Part shown: in pieces, positions 7,236 through 16,585 of the stretch
How positions within the stretch are numbered: the first letter of the stretch is position 1
How the letters are laid out: each line of letters begins with the position of its first letter
IMG/VR virus record: IMGVR_UViG_3300048025_000051
Location: 1 to 52,654 of that record
Direction: 5' to 3' (one strand)
DNA from: a virus
Lineage: Duplodnaviria; Caudoviricetes
DNA: 52,654 nucleotides
Made by a program: the position numbers and the translations under genes
The notes under the pieces: generated by a model
The model's database searches: none
What the model was told of the DNA's origin: nothing
What the model saw: only the letters and a program-made list of their open reading frames with translations

Positions 7236-8107
7236 TAAAACCAATGCTAGCGCATAAAGTAAGTGAGAACAGAATTGATTTCTCAGAGAAGGTTTTTATA
7301 CAACCTAAACTCGACGGTGTGCGCTGTCTAATTAAAAGAGTATCAGACTTTCCTGGTCAAGAGAACTTAGCATCCTTCAGTGTAAAAGCTTACTCACGAA
7401 CAGGTAAAGAATTTAAAAACGTTAGGCATATTACAAATGCTTTGAAAGGATTTTTCTTGCATAATCCTGACGTAGTGCTTGATGGTGAGTTGTATAATCA
7501 CGATCTAAGAGACGATTTCGAACAAATCATATCATTGGTCAGAAAACAAAAACCGACTGACGAGGATCGTCTAAACGCGCACAGACTAATACAATACCAC
7601 GTATACGATATGATAGCTGAAGGTCCTAGTTACGAAGACAGACTTAACTGGCTGTTGTCAAGTAAAAATCTATGGTCAGACTCGGTTATACATGTTTTAA
7701 CCCTTGGTGTTAGCAAGTATGAAGAAGCTGCTAACGTACACTACGATGGCTTTTTAAAACAAGGTTACGAAGGTTCTATATTAAGACTAAACGGTCCGTA
7801 CGAGCAAAAACGTAGCTACAATTTACAAAAATTCAAAGACTTCAGTGACACCGAAGCTACTATTATTGGCTATGAAGCTGGTAAAGGTAAGTTTACAGGT
7901 CTTATCGGTAAGTTTTTTATGGTAGATGATGATGGTAACGAGTTCGGTTGTCCAATCGGTAAAGGTTACAACTACTCTGATCGTCGTTACATACTAGATA
8001 ACATTCACGATTACATTGGTAAAGTAGCTACATTTACGTACTTCGAGCGTACTAAAGCTGGTAGTTACAGACATCCGTTGTATAAAACATTACGTAACTA
8101 TGAGTGA
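7232..8107 (+). CDS. ATP-dependent DNA ligase
   Basis: QPKLDGVR (KxDG), LDGELY, YHVYD, GYEGSILR, LQKFK motifs; C-terminal OB-fold region. Confidence 0.93.
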   Translation: MIKPMLAHKVSENRIDFSEKVFIQPKLDGVRCLIKRVSDFPGQENLASFSVKAYSRTGKEFKNVRHITNALKGFFLHNPDVVLDGELYNHDLRDDFEQIISLVRKQKPTDEDRLNAHRLIQYHVYDMIAEGPSYEDRLNWLLSSKNLWSDSVIHVLTLGVSKYEEAANVHYDGFLKQGYEGSILRLNGPYEQKRSYNLQKFKDFSDTEATIIGYEAGKGKFTGLIGKFFMVDDDGNEFGCPIGKGYNYSDRRYILDNIHDYIGKVATFTYFERTKAGSYRHPLYKTLRNYE

Positions 8108-8237
8108 TTCTTTGGCAGATAGATATTTTAATATAATAAAAAAACAAATTAAAGATGAGCAAACTTATTTGGAAGCTATACGCTCAAAACATGATAAGCG
8201 AAGAGGTAGCAAATATCTTACTAGATAAATTATACGA

Positions 8238-8738
8238 ATGAATATATTTTATCTAGACAAAGATCCTTATAAAGCTGCTAGTCATTTTTACGACAAGCAC
8301 AAGGTTAAAATGATACTGGAATCCGCTCAAATACTCTGTACGGCTCACCATGTTTACGGTAATTCTGACGATGTGCCTTATAAACAAGCACACCTGAACC
8401 ATCCGTCTACAATATGGGCTAGACAGAGTAAGCCAAACTATTATTGGCTATATGAGCACATGATAGCATTAGGGCAAGAGTACACAAAACGCTATGGCAA
8501 AGTACATATGTCAATAGATAAATGCAAAGATGCATTACGCTTTTGTCCTGATGGTATTGAATCTGTAGTATTTACAGAACCACCACAATGTATGCCTGAT
8601 GAATATAAAGTTGAAGGCGACAGTGTAACAGCGTATTGGAATTATTATGAACAAGATAAATATAAAATAGCAAATAAAAATGAGCAAATTATTATACGAC
8701 CACATGATGTCAACAAACTATATGAATTTAGCGCATAA
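8238..8738 (+). CDS. Pyrimidine-dimer DNA glycosylase-like protein
   Basis: MNIFYLD...DKHKVKMILESAQILCTAH...HLNHPSTIW...EYTKRYGKVH...PQCMPD family pattern. Confidence 0.75.
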   Translation: MNIFYLDKDPYKAASHFYDKHKVKMILESAQILCTAHHVYGNSDDVPYKQAHLNHPSTIWARQSKPNYYWLYEHMIALGQEYTKRYGKVHMSIDKCKDALRFCPDGIESVVFTEPPQCMPDEYKVEGDSVTAYWNYYEQDKYKIANKNEQIIIRPHDVNKLYEFSA

Positions 8739-8875
8739 GGTTAAATCATTAAAAAAAGTTAAGCAAAAACCTAAAAAAAATGGGAAAAACTAAAGAATTG
8801 TTTAATAAATTAAGAGAACAAGAAGAATTTTTAAAAGAACATATTATTATATGTACTTTAAAACCAGAAGGGACT

Positions 8876-8919
8876 GTGACAACAGCCCCTAATAATAACT
8901 AGTAATAGGCTAATGTCAC
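8876..8919. repeat. 44-bp palindromic site B (13-18-13) covering the start codon of ORF 8913
   Basis: GTGACAACAGCCC-N18-AGGCTAATGTCAC; ATG 8913 lies in the right arm. Confidence 0.8.
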
Positions 8920-9533
8920 AAGATAGAAATTTAAGTTTGTTAAATAAACACCGCATCGTCTATAGAAGAGGTACTATAAACGATAAGCCAGATCAAGTGT
9001 ATGACTGGGGTGATGTTTATCTAAATGGCACTCATGAATGTTATGAACTATTTAGAACTAAAGCTAAAATTACTACATACAAATCTCTTAAGTGGCATTT
9101 GCTTGTTATATGGTATTTAAACCCGCAGTTAGATCAAGATAAGTTTGAATTTATTGCGACGCATATAGTAAACAAAGACAATGGATTTGTAACATTTTCT
9201 GTTTCAGAACAGTTGTTTAAAAATATAATTTATGATGTTAGCATGTTTGATCTTGAACAACCTCCAAGAAACAAACTAAGAAAAGTTATATTTAAAGATA
9301 ATTGTAAATTATCTGTTACAGAAAAACTAAGTATAGTTGGTCAAATTATAGGTAGATCAAAAGGTGTAACGCCAGATGATATATACGATGCTATGTTATC
9401 AATAAACGAAACACAAGAAAAGATAACAATAAGTAAATTAGCAAAGTATCATAACTGTTCAACTAGAACTATTCACAGAAGTATGACACAAGAATTAAAG
9501 AAAGAAAAAGAACTTTTAAACTCACAATTATGA
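8913..9533 (+). CDS. DNA-binding protein with C-terminal HTH (regulator or replication initiator candidate)
   Basis: ITISKLAKYHNCSTRTIHRSM helix-turn-helix pattern. Confidence 0.6.
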   Translation: MSQDRNLSLLNKHRIVYRRGTINDKPDQVYDWGDVYLNGTHECYELFRTKAKITTYKSLKWHLLVIWYLNPQLDQDKFEFIATHIVNKDNGFVTFSVSEQLFKNIIYDVSMFDLEQPPRNKLRKVIFKDNCKLSVTEKLSIVGQIIGRSKGVTPDDIYDAMLSINETQEKITISKLAKYHNCSTRTIHRSMTQELKKEKELLNSQL

Positions 9534-9685
9534 AATATCCAGATGCAGATAAACACTTTTGGGCTAGTATGACAAAGAGTGTTATAAGAGTAGCAGGCTA
9601 TTGTCTTATACCTTTTAATATTTGGCTAGCCGCTACTATATTAATTATATCAGAAGCCGTAGGAATTATAGAAGAAACAGTATGA
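9530..9685 (+). CDS. Small membrane protein (51 aa, not in ORF track)
   Basis: MKYPDADKHFWASMTKSVIRVAGYCLIPFNIWLAATILIISEAVGIIEETV; ATGA overlaps at both ends. Confidence 0.65.
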   Translation: MKYPDADKHFWASMTKSVIRVAGYCLIPFNIWLAATILIISEAVGIIEETV

Positions 9686-10437
9686 AAAAGTACAATGTAC
9701 AGAACTACATAAGGTATAAAGAAGATGTTAAAAAGTCTATGCCTGTACAAGCGTCTTACGATAGCTATTCAAGAGAAGAACTAGTTGTAAAGTTTCTTCC
9801 TCTTGTAGAAAATTTAGCACGTAAGTTTTCAACAACTCAACAAGCTTCAGGTGTATTAAGTATTAATGACTTAATTCAAATTGGAGCTGAAGGTTTAATT
9901 AAAGCTGTTGATAAATTAACATGGGAAAAACTAAATGAGTCTGAAGATATTGAAAAAACTTTAAAATCATTTTTTAGTAAACGTGTTAAAGGTGCTATAC
10001 GTAGACGAATTGATATGCACAGAGGTGATATACGTATTCCAGAGCATAAGATAAACGAAATACGTAACAACCCTAAAGATAAAAAAATGGTTGAAATGTT
10101 TTTCAACTCTGTGTTTTTATCAATAGATGCTCAACCTACTAATGATGAAGGTGAGCAAATGATACATCAAATAGCAGACAGATCAGAGCCATACAACATA
10201 GCTTTGTTAAATAGTTATTTGAAAAGCTTATTGTTAAAACATCTTAGTAACAAAGAATATGAGGTGTTACGATTAAGCTACGGACTTGACTGCGATAAAC
10301 ATTCAGCTAAGCAAATCGCAGCTAAATTAAATATAGATGGAGTTAGTAATTATGTTCGTGTAAGCGAGCTAAAAAAGCAAGCGGTACAGAAATTAATTGA
10401 CAACGTTGATCACTCACAAGTGATTGACTATCTGTAA
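9682..10437 (+). CDS. Phage sigma-70-family RNA polymerase sigma factor (start re-called to ATG 9682)
   Basis: Region 2 (FLPLVENLARKF...DLIQIGAEGLIKAVDK), IRIP, region 4 HTH (EYEVLRLSYGL...SAKQIAAKL...RVSELKKQAVQKL). Confidence 0.9.
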   Translation: MKKYNVQNYIRYKEDVKKSMPVQASYDSYSREELVVKFLPLVENLARKFSTTQQASGVLSINDLIQIGAEGLIKAVDKLTWEKLNESEDIEKTLKSFFSKRVKGAIRRRIDMHRGDIRIPEHKINEIRNNPKDKKMVEMFFNSVFLSIDAQPTNDEGEQMIHQIADRSEPYNIALLNSYLKSLLLKHLSNKEYEVLRLSYGLDCDKHSAKQIAAKLNIDGVSNYVRVSELKKQAVQKLIDNVDHSQVIDYL

Positions 10438-10445
10438 GTTACTTG

Positions 10446-10474
10446 TGTAAAACTATATTTTTATGTGTAATTAT
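10446..10474 (+). promoter_or_regulatory. Putative class-II (phage sigma) promoter for the replication module
   Basis: TGTAAAAC-N12-TGTAATTAT immediately downstream of the sigma gene. Confidence 0.55.
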
Positions 10475-10500
10475 ATTAATAAGTAAATACCAATATACCT

Positions 10501-11052
10501 ATGAAACTAAATGAAAAGCTGGCTACTATCCAGACTAAGTTTAAATCGAAAAAAAGTAGGTTTAACTCATTCGGCAAATACAACTTCCGATCAGCCGAAG
10601 ACATTCTTGAAGCAACTAAACCCTATCTATTAGAGTTAGGAGTATCAGTTAAGATTGATGAGACAATCATTTCAACTGAACCAATGCCTATTGTAGAAAG
10701 TAAAGCTACAATATCTGATGGTGATAACAGTATTAATGCAACAGCATTAGTAGGCGTTGATCTAAATCAGAAAGGTATGCAAACTCCACAGCAGTTTGGT
10801 TCAGCTTCAAGTTATGGGAAGAAATATGCATTAGGTAATTTATTCCTAATAGACGATACGCAAGACTCAGATGCGTCTAATACTCACGGAAAGACCGTAA
10901 GTAAATCTAAACAGAAGCTTGATACAGGTACTGATGCTTTTAAGAAAGCAGTTGATTATATCAAAGCTGGTGGCTCAATTAAAGCTATCAACTCTAAGTA
11001 CGATGTGTCTGTTAAAGCTATAGCAGAACTTAAGAATTATGAACGAGGATAA
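10501..11052 (+). CDS. erf: ERF-family ssDNA annealing protein
   Basis: FNSFGKYNFRSAEDIL and GSASSYGKKYAL motifs. Confidence 0.88.
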   Translation: MKLNEKLATIQTKFKSKKSRFNSFGKYNFRSAEDILEATKPYLLELGVSVKIDETIISTEPMPIVESKATISDGDNSINATALVGVDLNQKGMQTPQQFGSASSYGKKYALGNLFLIDDTQDSDASNTHGKTVSKSKQKLDTGTDAFKKAVDYIKAGGSIKAINSKYDVSVKAIAELKNYERG

Positions 11053-11767
11053 GATAATCGATAAGCTAAGAAACGATGAAGATTACTACGGTGATTTTGG
11101 CAAGAAGTATCTTAGCAACTCTGACATATCAACTCTTTTAAGTAACCCTTTAGCTTTAGGTAAAAAGTTAAAACAATCACCGGCGTTTTTAATTGGTGGT
11201 TATTTTCACACTGCTATACTTGAACCTGATAAATTAAAAAACTTTAAAATAGTTGAATCAACAAGTAGAAATACTAAAGCATATAAAGAAATATCAGGTG
11301 GAGAAATGCTGTTGCTACAGTCTGAAGTTGACATGATCGAACTGATGACAGATAAGATTTTATCAAACGATGTTTGCGAAGGTCTTATAAGAGGTAACTG
11401 CGATTACGAGACACCTGGTATTGGTGAGATTGAAAATGAATTATGGAAAGGTAAAGCTGATATATTGAATCACGATGAAAAACTTATCATTGATTTGAAG
11501 ACTACAGCAGATCTTAACAAGTTTAGATGGTCAGCATCTAAATATAATTATGACAGTCAAGCTTATATATACCAAAAGTTATTTGGTTACGAGATGTTGT
11601 TTATTGCAATAGATAAAACAACACATCAAATTGGGATGTTTGATTGCTCACCTGAATTTTTACAGCGTGGTGCTGACAAAGTTAAGAGAGCAGTAGAACA
11701 ATATCAATTATTTTATCAACAAGAAGGTTTTGATCCTTCACAATTTTTTATTAACGAAACCCTTTAA
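11039..11767 (+). CDS. PD-(D/E)XK exonuclease (RecE/ExoVIII-like)
   Basis: LSNSDI, GGYFHTAILEP, KGKADIL...IIDLKTT, YDSQAYIY; adjacent to ERF. Confidence 0.85.
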   Translation: MNEDKIIDKLRNDEDYYGDFGKKYLSNSDISTLLSNPLALGKKLKQSPAFLIGGYFHTAILEPDKLKNFKIVESTSRNTKAYKEISGGEMLLLQSEVDMIELMTDKILSNDVCEGLIRGNCDYETPGIGEIENELWKGKADILNHDEKLIIDLKTTADLNKFRWSASKYNYDSQAYIYQKLFGYEMLFIAIDKTTHQIGMFDCSPEFLQRGADKVKRAVEQYQLFYQQEGFDPSQFFINETL

Positions 11768-11777
11768 ACCAATTAAT

Positions 11778-11957
11778 ATGGCACGAGCTAGAAAAAATCA
11801 AACTAAAGTTTGTACAGTAACAGGAGTTGAAACAAGTGTAAACAATTTTTACGCTAATCAAAACCATGTTAAAGCAGTAGATAATCTACGACGCAATAGC
11901 AACGCTACTAAAGATCAGTTGCAGCGCATGTTTAATCAAATTAATAACTACGCATAA
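11778..11957 (+). CDS. Small hypothetical protein (start re-called)
   Basis: MARARKNQTKVCTVTG... Confidence 0.6.
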   Translation: MARARKNQTKVCTVTGVETSVNNFYANQNHVKAVDNLRRNSNATKDQLQRMFNQINNYA

Positions 11958-12274
11958 TGGCAAGTATTATAGCAACAAGTATTGACCTTACTAAAATTCC
12001 TAAGGATAAAATTATTCCAGGTAAGAAAGGTAAATACCTACCTATTACTATTACAATCAATGATGAAGCAGATCAGTTTGGAAATCAAGGTCCTGTAATC
12101 GTACAGCAAACTAAAGAAGAACGTGAAGCTAAAGTTGATAAAGTTTATTTAGGTAATGTAAAAGTAGTATGGACAAACGGAGACAATGTAGCTGCTGCTC
12201 AGCGAGATGGTGGGGCTGCACCTGTACAACAAGCTGCGTCAATTCCAGCAGCTAATGATGACCTGCCCTTCTAA
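11957..12274 (+). CDS. ssb: Single-stranded DNA-binding protein
   Basis: Acidic C-terminal DDLPF tail; located in recombination/replication cluster. Confidence 0.7.
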   Translation: MASIIATSIDLTKIPKDKIIPGKKGKYLPITITINDEADQFGNQGPVIVQQTKEEREAKVDKVYLGNVKVVWTNGDNVAAAQRDGGAAPVQQAASIPAANDDLPF

Positions 12275-12363
12275 TGCCACTTTGTGAAATATGTAATGAG
12301 AATATGTCGCAGGAAGATCACGACTACTGCGACATATGTCCTAAGTGTTTAGAAGATTGGTAA
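12274..12363 (+). CDS. 29-aa Cys-rich zinc-finger microprotein
   Basis: MPLCEICNENMSQEDHDYCDICPKCLEDW; TAATG overlap with ssb. Confidence 0.55.
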   Translation: MPLCEICNENMSQEDHDYCDICPKCLEDW

Positions 12364-12381
12364 TAAATTAAATTAAATTAA

Positions 12382-14094
12382 ATGCAGACAACAGAGATCA
12401 ATGGATTCTTGATTGATGAGTTCAATCAATATGGTCTAAAAGAAGGAAAGACTCAGGGCGTTTGCCCTTTGTGTTCTCACGATAGACAACCTAAGAATCA
12501 GAAAGCACAATGTGCTTCTTATGATTGGGAACGGGGTCTCGGAACTTGTCACAACTGTAGTACGTCTTTTCAACTACACACTTACCAACGTAAAGGTGCT
12601 AGTGAAAAAGATTATGTGCGGCCTGAACAATACGTCGAAAAGTTATTACAAAGTAAAGTAGTCGACTGGTTTGAGTCACGCGGTATATCTCATGAAACTC
12701 TTACCGATCTTCGGGTCGGTGAGGGCTCTGAGTATATGCCACAGACTGGCAATAAAGAGAACACAATTCAGTTTAATTATTTAATGGGTGATCAACTTAT
12801 TAATGTTAAATACAGAGATGGTCGTAAAAACTTTAAGCTTTATAAAGGAGCTGAAAAAGTATTTTACAATATCAATAGTATTGTAGGTTACGATACTTGT
12901 ATAATTACTGAAGGTGAAATGGACGTGTTAGCTTTACACGAAGCTGGCATTAAGAATTCTATATCAGTACCAAACGGTGCAACATTAACTAACAATAATC
13001 TAGATTATCTAGACAACTGTATTGATTATTTTGAAGACAAAGAAAAAATAATCTTAGCTGTTGATCAAGATGAAGCTGGTCAAATGCTACAGCAAGAGTT
13101 TATTCGTAGGCTCGGAGCTGAAGTATGTTTCTTAGTAACGTTTGAAGATTGTAAAGATGCTAATGAATATTTATTAAAGTATGGAAAAGAAAAGCTGGCA
13201 GAGCGTATTACAAAGGCAAGACCAGTACCCCTTGAAAACGTCACAACTTTCAAAGACATTGAAGATGAAGTTACTGACTTCGTTAAAAATGGTTTCAAGC
13301 CCGGTTTCCAAATCGGCCTTCAGAATTTTGATGATATCTTTTCAACTTACACTGGTCAGTTTATTACTGTTACTGGTATTCCTAGTTCCGGCAAGAGTGA
13401 TTTTGTCGATCAAATGGTCGTTGGGTATAACGCGAACTATGGTTGGAAGACAGCGTTTGCTAGTCCAGAAAATGCGCCAACTTATTTACATGCCCATAAA
13501 CTAATGCGTAAAACGTGGGGCGACATGCCTACACGTGGAGATATCGGTGGTGGTAAATGGAATGAAGTTGCTGAGCATGTTAATGATAATTACTTTTTCA
13601 TTGATATGGATAAGTACAGTCTTGAATCAGTACTACGTAAAGGTGCTGAGCTTGTTAAACGTAAAGGTATTAAATGCCTGGTAATCGATCCATTTAATAA
13701 GATCAGAGATATTGATTGCAAAACAGAAGATGTTAATAGATATACAATGGAATATCTAAGTAAGATAGAAATGTTCTGCAAGAAATATGATGTGTTAGTT
13801 TTTATTGTAGCACACCCTACTAAAATGTATAAAGATAGTAATGGCAAAATTGAAGAGCCAACTATGTATAACATTAAAGGTGGTGGTGAATGGTATGATG
13901 CTAGTTACCATGGTATATTAGTACACAGAGACTACGAAGCCAAGACAGTTAAAGCTAAGGTACTTAAAGTTAAATTCCAAAACTTAGGTGAGAACGGAGC
14001 TGAAGCTCATTTCAAATGGGAACCAAAGTCAGGTCGTTTTATTCCTCATGTTTTGCCTGGTATGGCTGAAGGTGAGAAAATGCCCTGGGAATAA
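12382..14094 (+). CDS. Primase-helicase (T7 gp4/Twinkle-like)
   Basis: Zn finger CPLC...CHNC, TOPRIM ITEGEMD and AVDQDEAG, Walker A GIPSSGKS, LVIDP, VAHP. Confidence 0.93.
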   Translation: MQTTEINGFLIDEFNQYGLKEGKTQGVCPLCSHDRQPKNQKAQCASYDWERGLGTCHNCSTSFQLHTYQRKGASEKDYVRPEQYVEKLLQSKVVDWFESRGISHETLTDLRVGEGSEYMPQTGNKENTIQFNYLMGDQLINVKYRDGRKNFKLYKGAEKVFYNINSIVGYDTCIITEGEMDVLALHEAGIKNSISVPNGATLTNNNLDYLDNCIDYFEDKEKIILAVDQDEAGQMLQQEFIRRLGAEVCFLVTFEDCKDANEYLLKYGKEKLAERITKARPVPLENVTTFKDIEDEVTDFVKNGFKPGFQIGLQNFDDIFSTYTGQFITVTGIPSSGKSDFVDQMVVGYNANYGWKTAFASPENAPTYLHAHKLMRKTWGDMPTRGDIGGGKWNEVAEHVNDNYFFIDMDKYSLESVLRKGAELVKRKGIKCLVIDPFNKIRDIDCKTEDVNRYTMEYLSKIEMFCKKYDVLVFIVAHPTKMYKDSNGKIEEPTMYNIKGGGEWYDASYHGILVHRDYEAKTVKAKVLKVKFQNLGENGAEAHFKWEPKSGRFIPHVLPGMAEGEKMPWE

Positions 14095-14363
14095 TGCCTC
14101 CTTATAAGCAAGCTAAGAAGTCAGCTTGGAGTATGGGCAAGTATGAAGCTACAGATGAAGACTGGAAGGCTATGCGATGGTGTATAAACAACGGTATAAC
14201 AATAGCACCATTTGCTAAAGAGCCAGGTTCTTGGTATATCGATATAACAGTAAACGGTAAAACAAATCGATCACCTCATATTTATATTAGAGATATGATA
14301 TGGGAGAAGATCTATGAATATTATAGATATTATTATGAGAAATACTTTCGAGACAGCAAATGA
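14094..14363 (+). CDS. Hypothetical protein
   Basis: 89-aa ORF, TAATG overlap. Confidence 0.7.
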   Translation: MPPYKQAKKSAWSMGKYEATDEDWKAMRWCINNGITIAPFAKEPGSWYIDITVNGKTNRSPHIYIRDMIWEKIYEYYRYYYEKYFRDSK

Positions 14364-14976
14364 AGCTTATGAGTATATGCACAACGAAATCATTACAAAT
14401 GGTGTTGAGTTTGCAGGTACCAAAGCTTTATTTAATATAGGGTTTACAATAGAGAACCCAACAAACAAAGTAATTACAAACAAAGAGCGTAACTGGAATG
14501 AAGAGTACGCAGCTGCAGAGTGGCAATGGTATTTATCTGGTGATCCTAAAATTAAAAAACTAGGTGAGCTATACGGTAAGATACCACCGATATGGAAACG
14601 CATGGCCAATGAAGACGGCGAGGTCAACTCTAATTATGGTTATCAATGGAAACGACATGAGCAATATGAAAAAGTTATATACATGTTAAGATCAAATCCT
14701 GAAACCAGACAAGCTGCTATTAGTATATATGACGGCAAAGAAATACACAAGTACAGTAATGATACACCATGTACGTACGCAGTACAGTTTACAATAGTAC
14801 AAGGCAAACTGTATATGTCTGTCTATATGCGTTCTAATGATCTTTGGTACGGTTTCTGTAATGATCAGTATCAGTTTGCATCATTGCAAGAAATGGTTGC
14901 AGAGAGATTAAATTTGCCTGTTGGCACATACTACCATCACGCACACAACTTACATTTGTATAACGATAAAATATAA
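14335..14976 (+). CDS. Thymidylate-synthase-family enzyme, probably dCMP hydroxymethylase or methylase
   Basis: Catalytic PC (DTPCT); MRSNDLWYGFCND with Asp at the dCMP-specificity position; NLHLY. Confidence 0.8.
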   Translation: MRNTFETANEAYEYMHNEIITNGVEFAGTKALFNIGFTIENPTNKVITNKERNWNEEYAAAEWQWYLSGDPKIKKLGELYGKIPPIWKRMANEDGEVNSNYGYQWKRHEQYEKVIYMLRSNPETRQAAISIYDGKEIHKYSNDTPCTYAVQFTIVQGKLYMSVYMRSNDLWYGFCNDQYQFASLQEMVAERLNLPVGTYYHHAHNLHLYNDKI

Positions 14977-14981
14977 AACCA

Positions 14982-15743
14982 ATGTATTATTTATACCACA
15001 TACCAGGTAAAAAGATAGGTGTTACACGTGATCTTAATACCCGAGTAACCCTTATGCAAGGCTATAAGGAGGGAGAGTATGAAGTTCTTGAGCAGTCAGA
15101 CGATATAGATTTTATATCAGACCGCGAAATAGAACTTCAAAAGTCTTATGGCTATAAGGTCGACAGAAAATTATATAAAAATTTATTTAAATCAAATATG
15201 AATATAAACGCTACTGAACAAACGTCAACCTTTCCGTGTCCAGCTAATAAACTCAAAGGGCATCTGATGGATAACATCGGGCTCAGCTGGAAAACTCAAC
15301 ACGGTAAATTCGAAATCAATTCAACTACAATACCATGGATTATACATAATGCAAAGACGTCTATGTATAACAACGAGAGATGTTACATTTATAACAAAGC
15401 TTATTACGAAGCTTTCTTAGCTGAACCAGGTTCTGAAAGTATAGACGCAACTATCTTTGATAGTATTCGTGACTGGGCTGATAAACGAGGTATATATGAT
15501 AGTGGAGATACTAAAACGCAGTTTGTTAAACTTATGGAAGAAGTCGGCGAACTCGGAAAAGCAATTCTTAAAGACGATAAAGCTGAGTTTGTTGATGCTA
15601 TTGGCGATTGTATCGTTGTACTCACCAATCTTTCCCATCTCGGTGGGTATGATGTTGAACATTGTATTAGCAGTGCTTACGATGAGATCAGCAATAGAAC
15701 TGGATCTATGGTAAACGGAACATTTGTTAAAGATGCAGATTAA
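14982..15743 (+). CDS. MazG-like NTP pyrophosphohydrolase with N-terminal GIY-YIG-like segment
   Basis: C-terminal QFVKLMEEVGEL...DAIGDCIVVL; N-terminal YYLYH...KIGVT...R...REIELQ. Confidence 0.75.
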   Translation: MYYLYHIPGKKIGVTRDLNTRVTLMQGYKEGEYEVLEQSDDIDFISDREIELQKSYGYKVDRKLYKNLFKSNMNINATEQTSTFPCPANKLKGHLMDNIGLSWKTQHGKFEINSTTIPWIIHNAKTSMYNNERCYIYNKAYYEAFLAEPGSESIDATIFDSIRDWADKRGIYDSGDTKTQFVKLMEEVGELGKAILKDDKAEFVDAIGDCIVVLTNLSHLGGYDVEHCISSAYDEISNRTGSMVNGTFVKDAD

Positions 15744-16029
15744 AACTGAAGATAAGATAGTACAAGCTGTACTAAGGAAGATGGACGAGCGCAGTATCAT
15801 AGGTCAAAAGAAATATGGTGCTACAATGATGGAAGAGATTGAAGGTCAAGTTAAAGACTTAGATCGTTTCTTAGTTGATGTTCAAGAAGAATTAATGGAT
15901 TCGTTGCTATATATTGAAGCGGCACGACGATGTCTAACTGATGAGGTTGAAGAGGTTATGTTACGCCGAATGAATATCATTGGTCAAAACGGAAATGATG
16001 GAGAACATTATGGTGCGGAAGAAATATAA
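15733..16029 (+). CDS. Second all-alpha NTP pyrophosphatase-like protein
   Basis: RSIIGQKKYG...VQEELMDSLLY (EExxD). Confidence 0.55.
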   Translation: MQIKTEDKIVQAVLRKMDERSIIGQKKYGATMMEEIEGQVKDLDRFLVDVQEELMDSLLYIEAARRCLTDEVEEVMLRRMNIIGQNGNDGEHYGAEEI

Positions 16030-16465
16030 ACGAAAAAAAAGAGGACCGGTACAAGCAAAGAAGATATCATATGATGGTATCAACTTTGCTTCAGGCCTTG
16101 AGAGATATATGTATATGGCTTTGAAAAAAGCAAAAGTCAAAGCCAAATACGAAGGTGAAACATTTGTACTAATGAATGGCTTTCATTTTCCAAACGAGTG
16201 TTATGCTCGTCAAGCAAATGGTAAAGGTGATTATAAGAACAGAGGTTCTAAGCGTATACTACCTATTAAATACACACCTGATTTTATTGGTGATGGATTT
16301 ATTATTGAAACAAAAGGTAGAGCTAATGAATCTTTCCCAATGCGATGGAAATTATTCAAGCTATTAGTTACACAACAGTTTCCAGACACTGTGTTATATA
16401 AACCACAAAATCAAGCTGAATGCGACAGAACAATACAGCTGATCCTAGAAAATCAAAGGATATAG
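16010..16465 (+). CDS. PD-(D/E)XK endonuclease, T7 endonuclease I / Holliday-junction resolvase-like
   Basis: FASGLE...YTPDF...IIETKG. Confidence 0.8.
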   Translation: MVRKKYKRKKRGPVQAKKISYDGINFASGLERYMYMALKKAKVKAKYEGETFVLMNGFHFPNECYARQANGKGDYKNRGSKRILPIKYTPDFIGDGFIIETKGRANESFPMRWKLFKLLVTQQFPDTVLYKPQNQAECDRTIQLILENQRI

Positions 16466-16585
16466 CAAGGCGTAAGTACGCTGAAAGACAGATAGATAAG
16501 TTTACTAAATGGTCTATTGAACAACGTGGTTTTTTAAAGTACAAAGATCTAGTTGAACAACAAGACAAATATAATATAAATATAA

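Noticed and set aside
14335-14976. Ordinary thymidylate synthase (thyA)
   Set aside because: The specificity residue is Asp rather than Asn, so the symbol was withheld.
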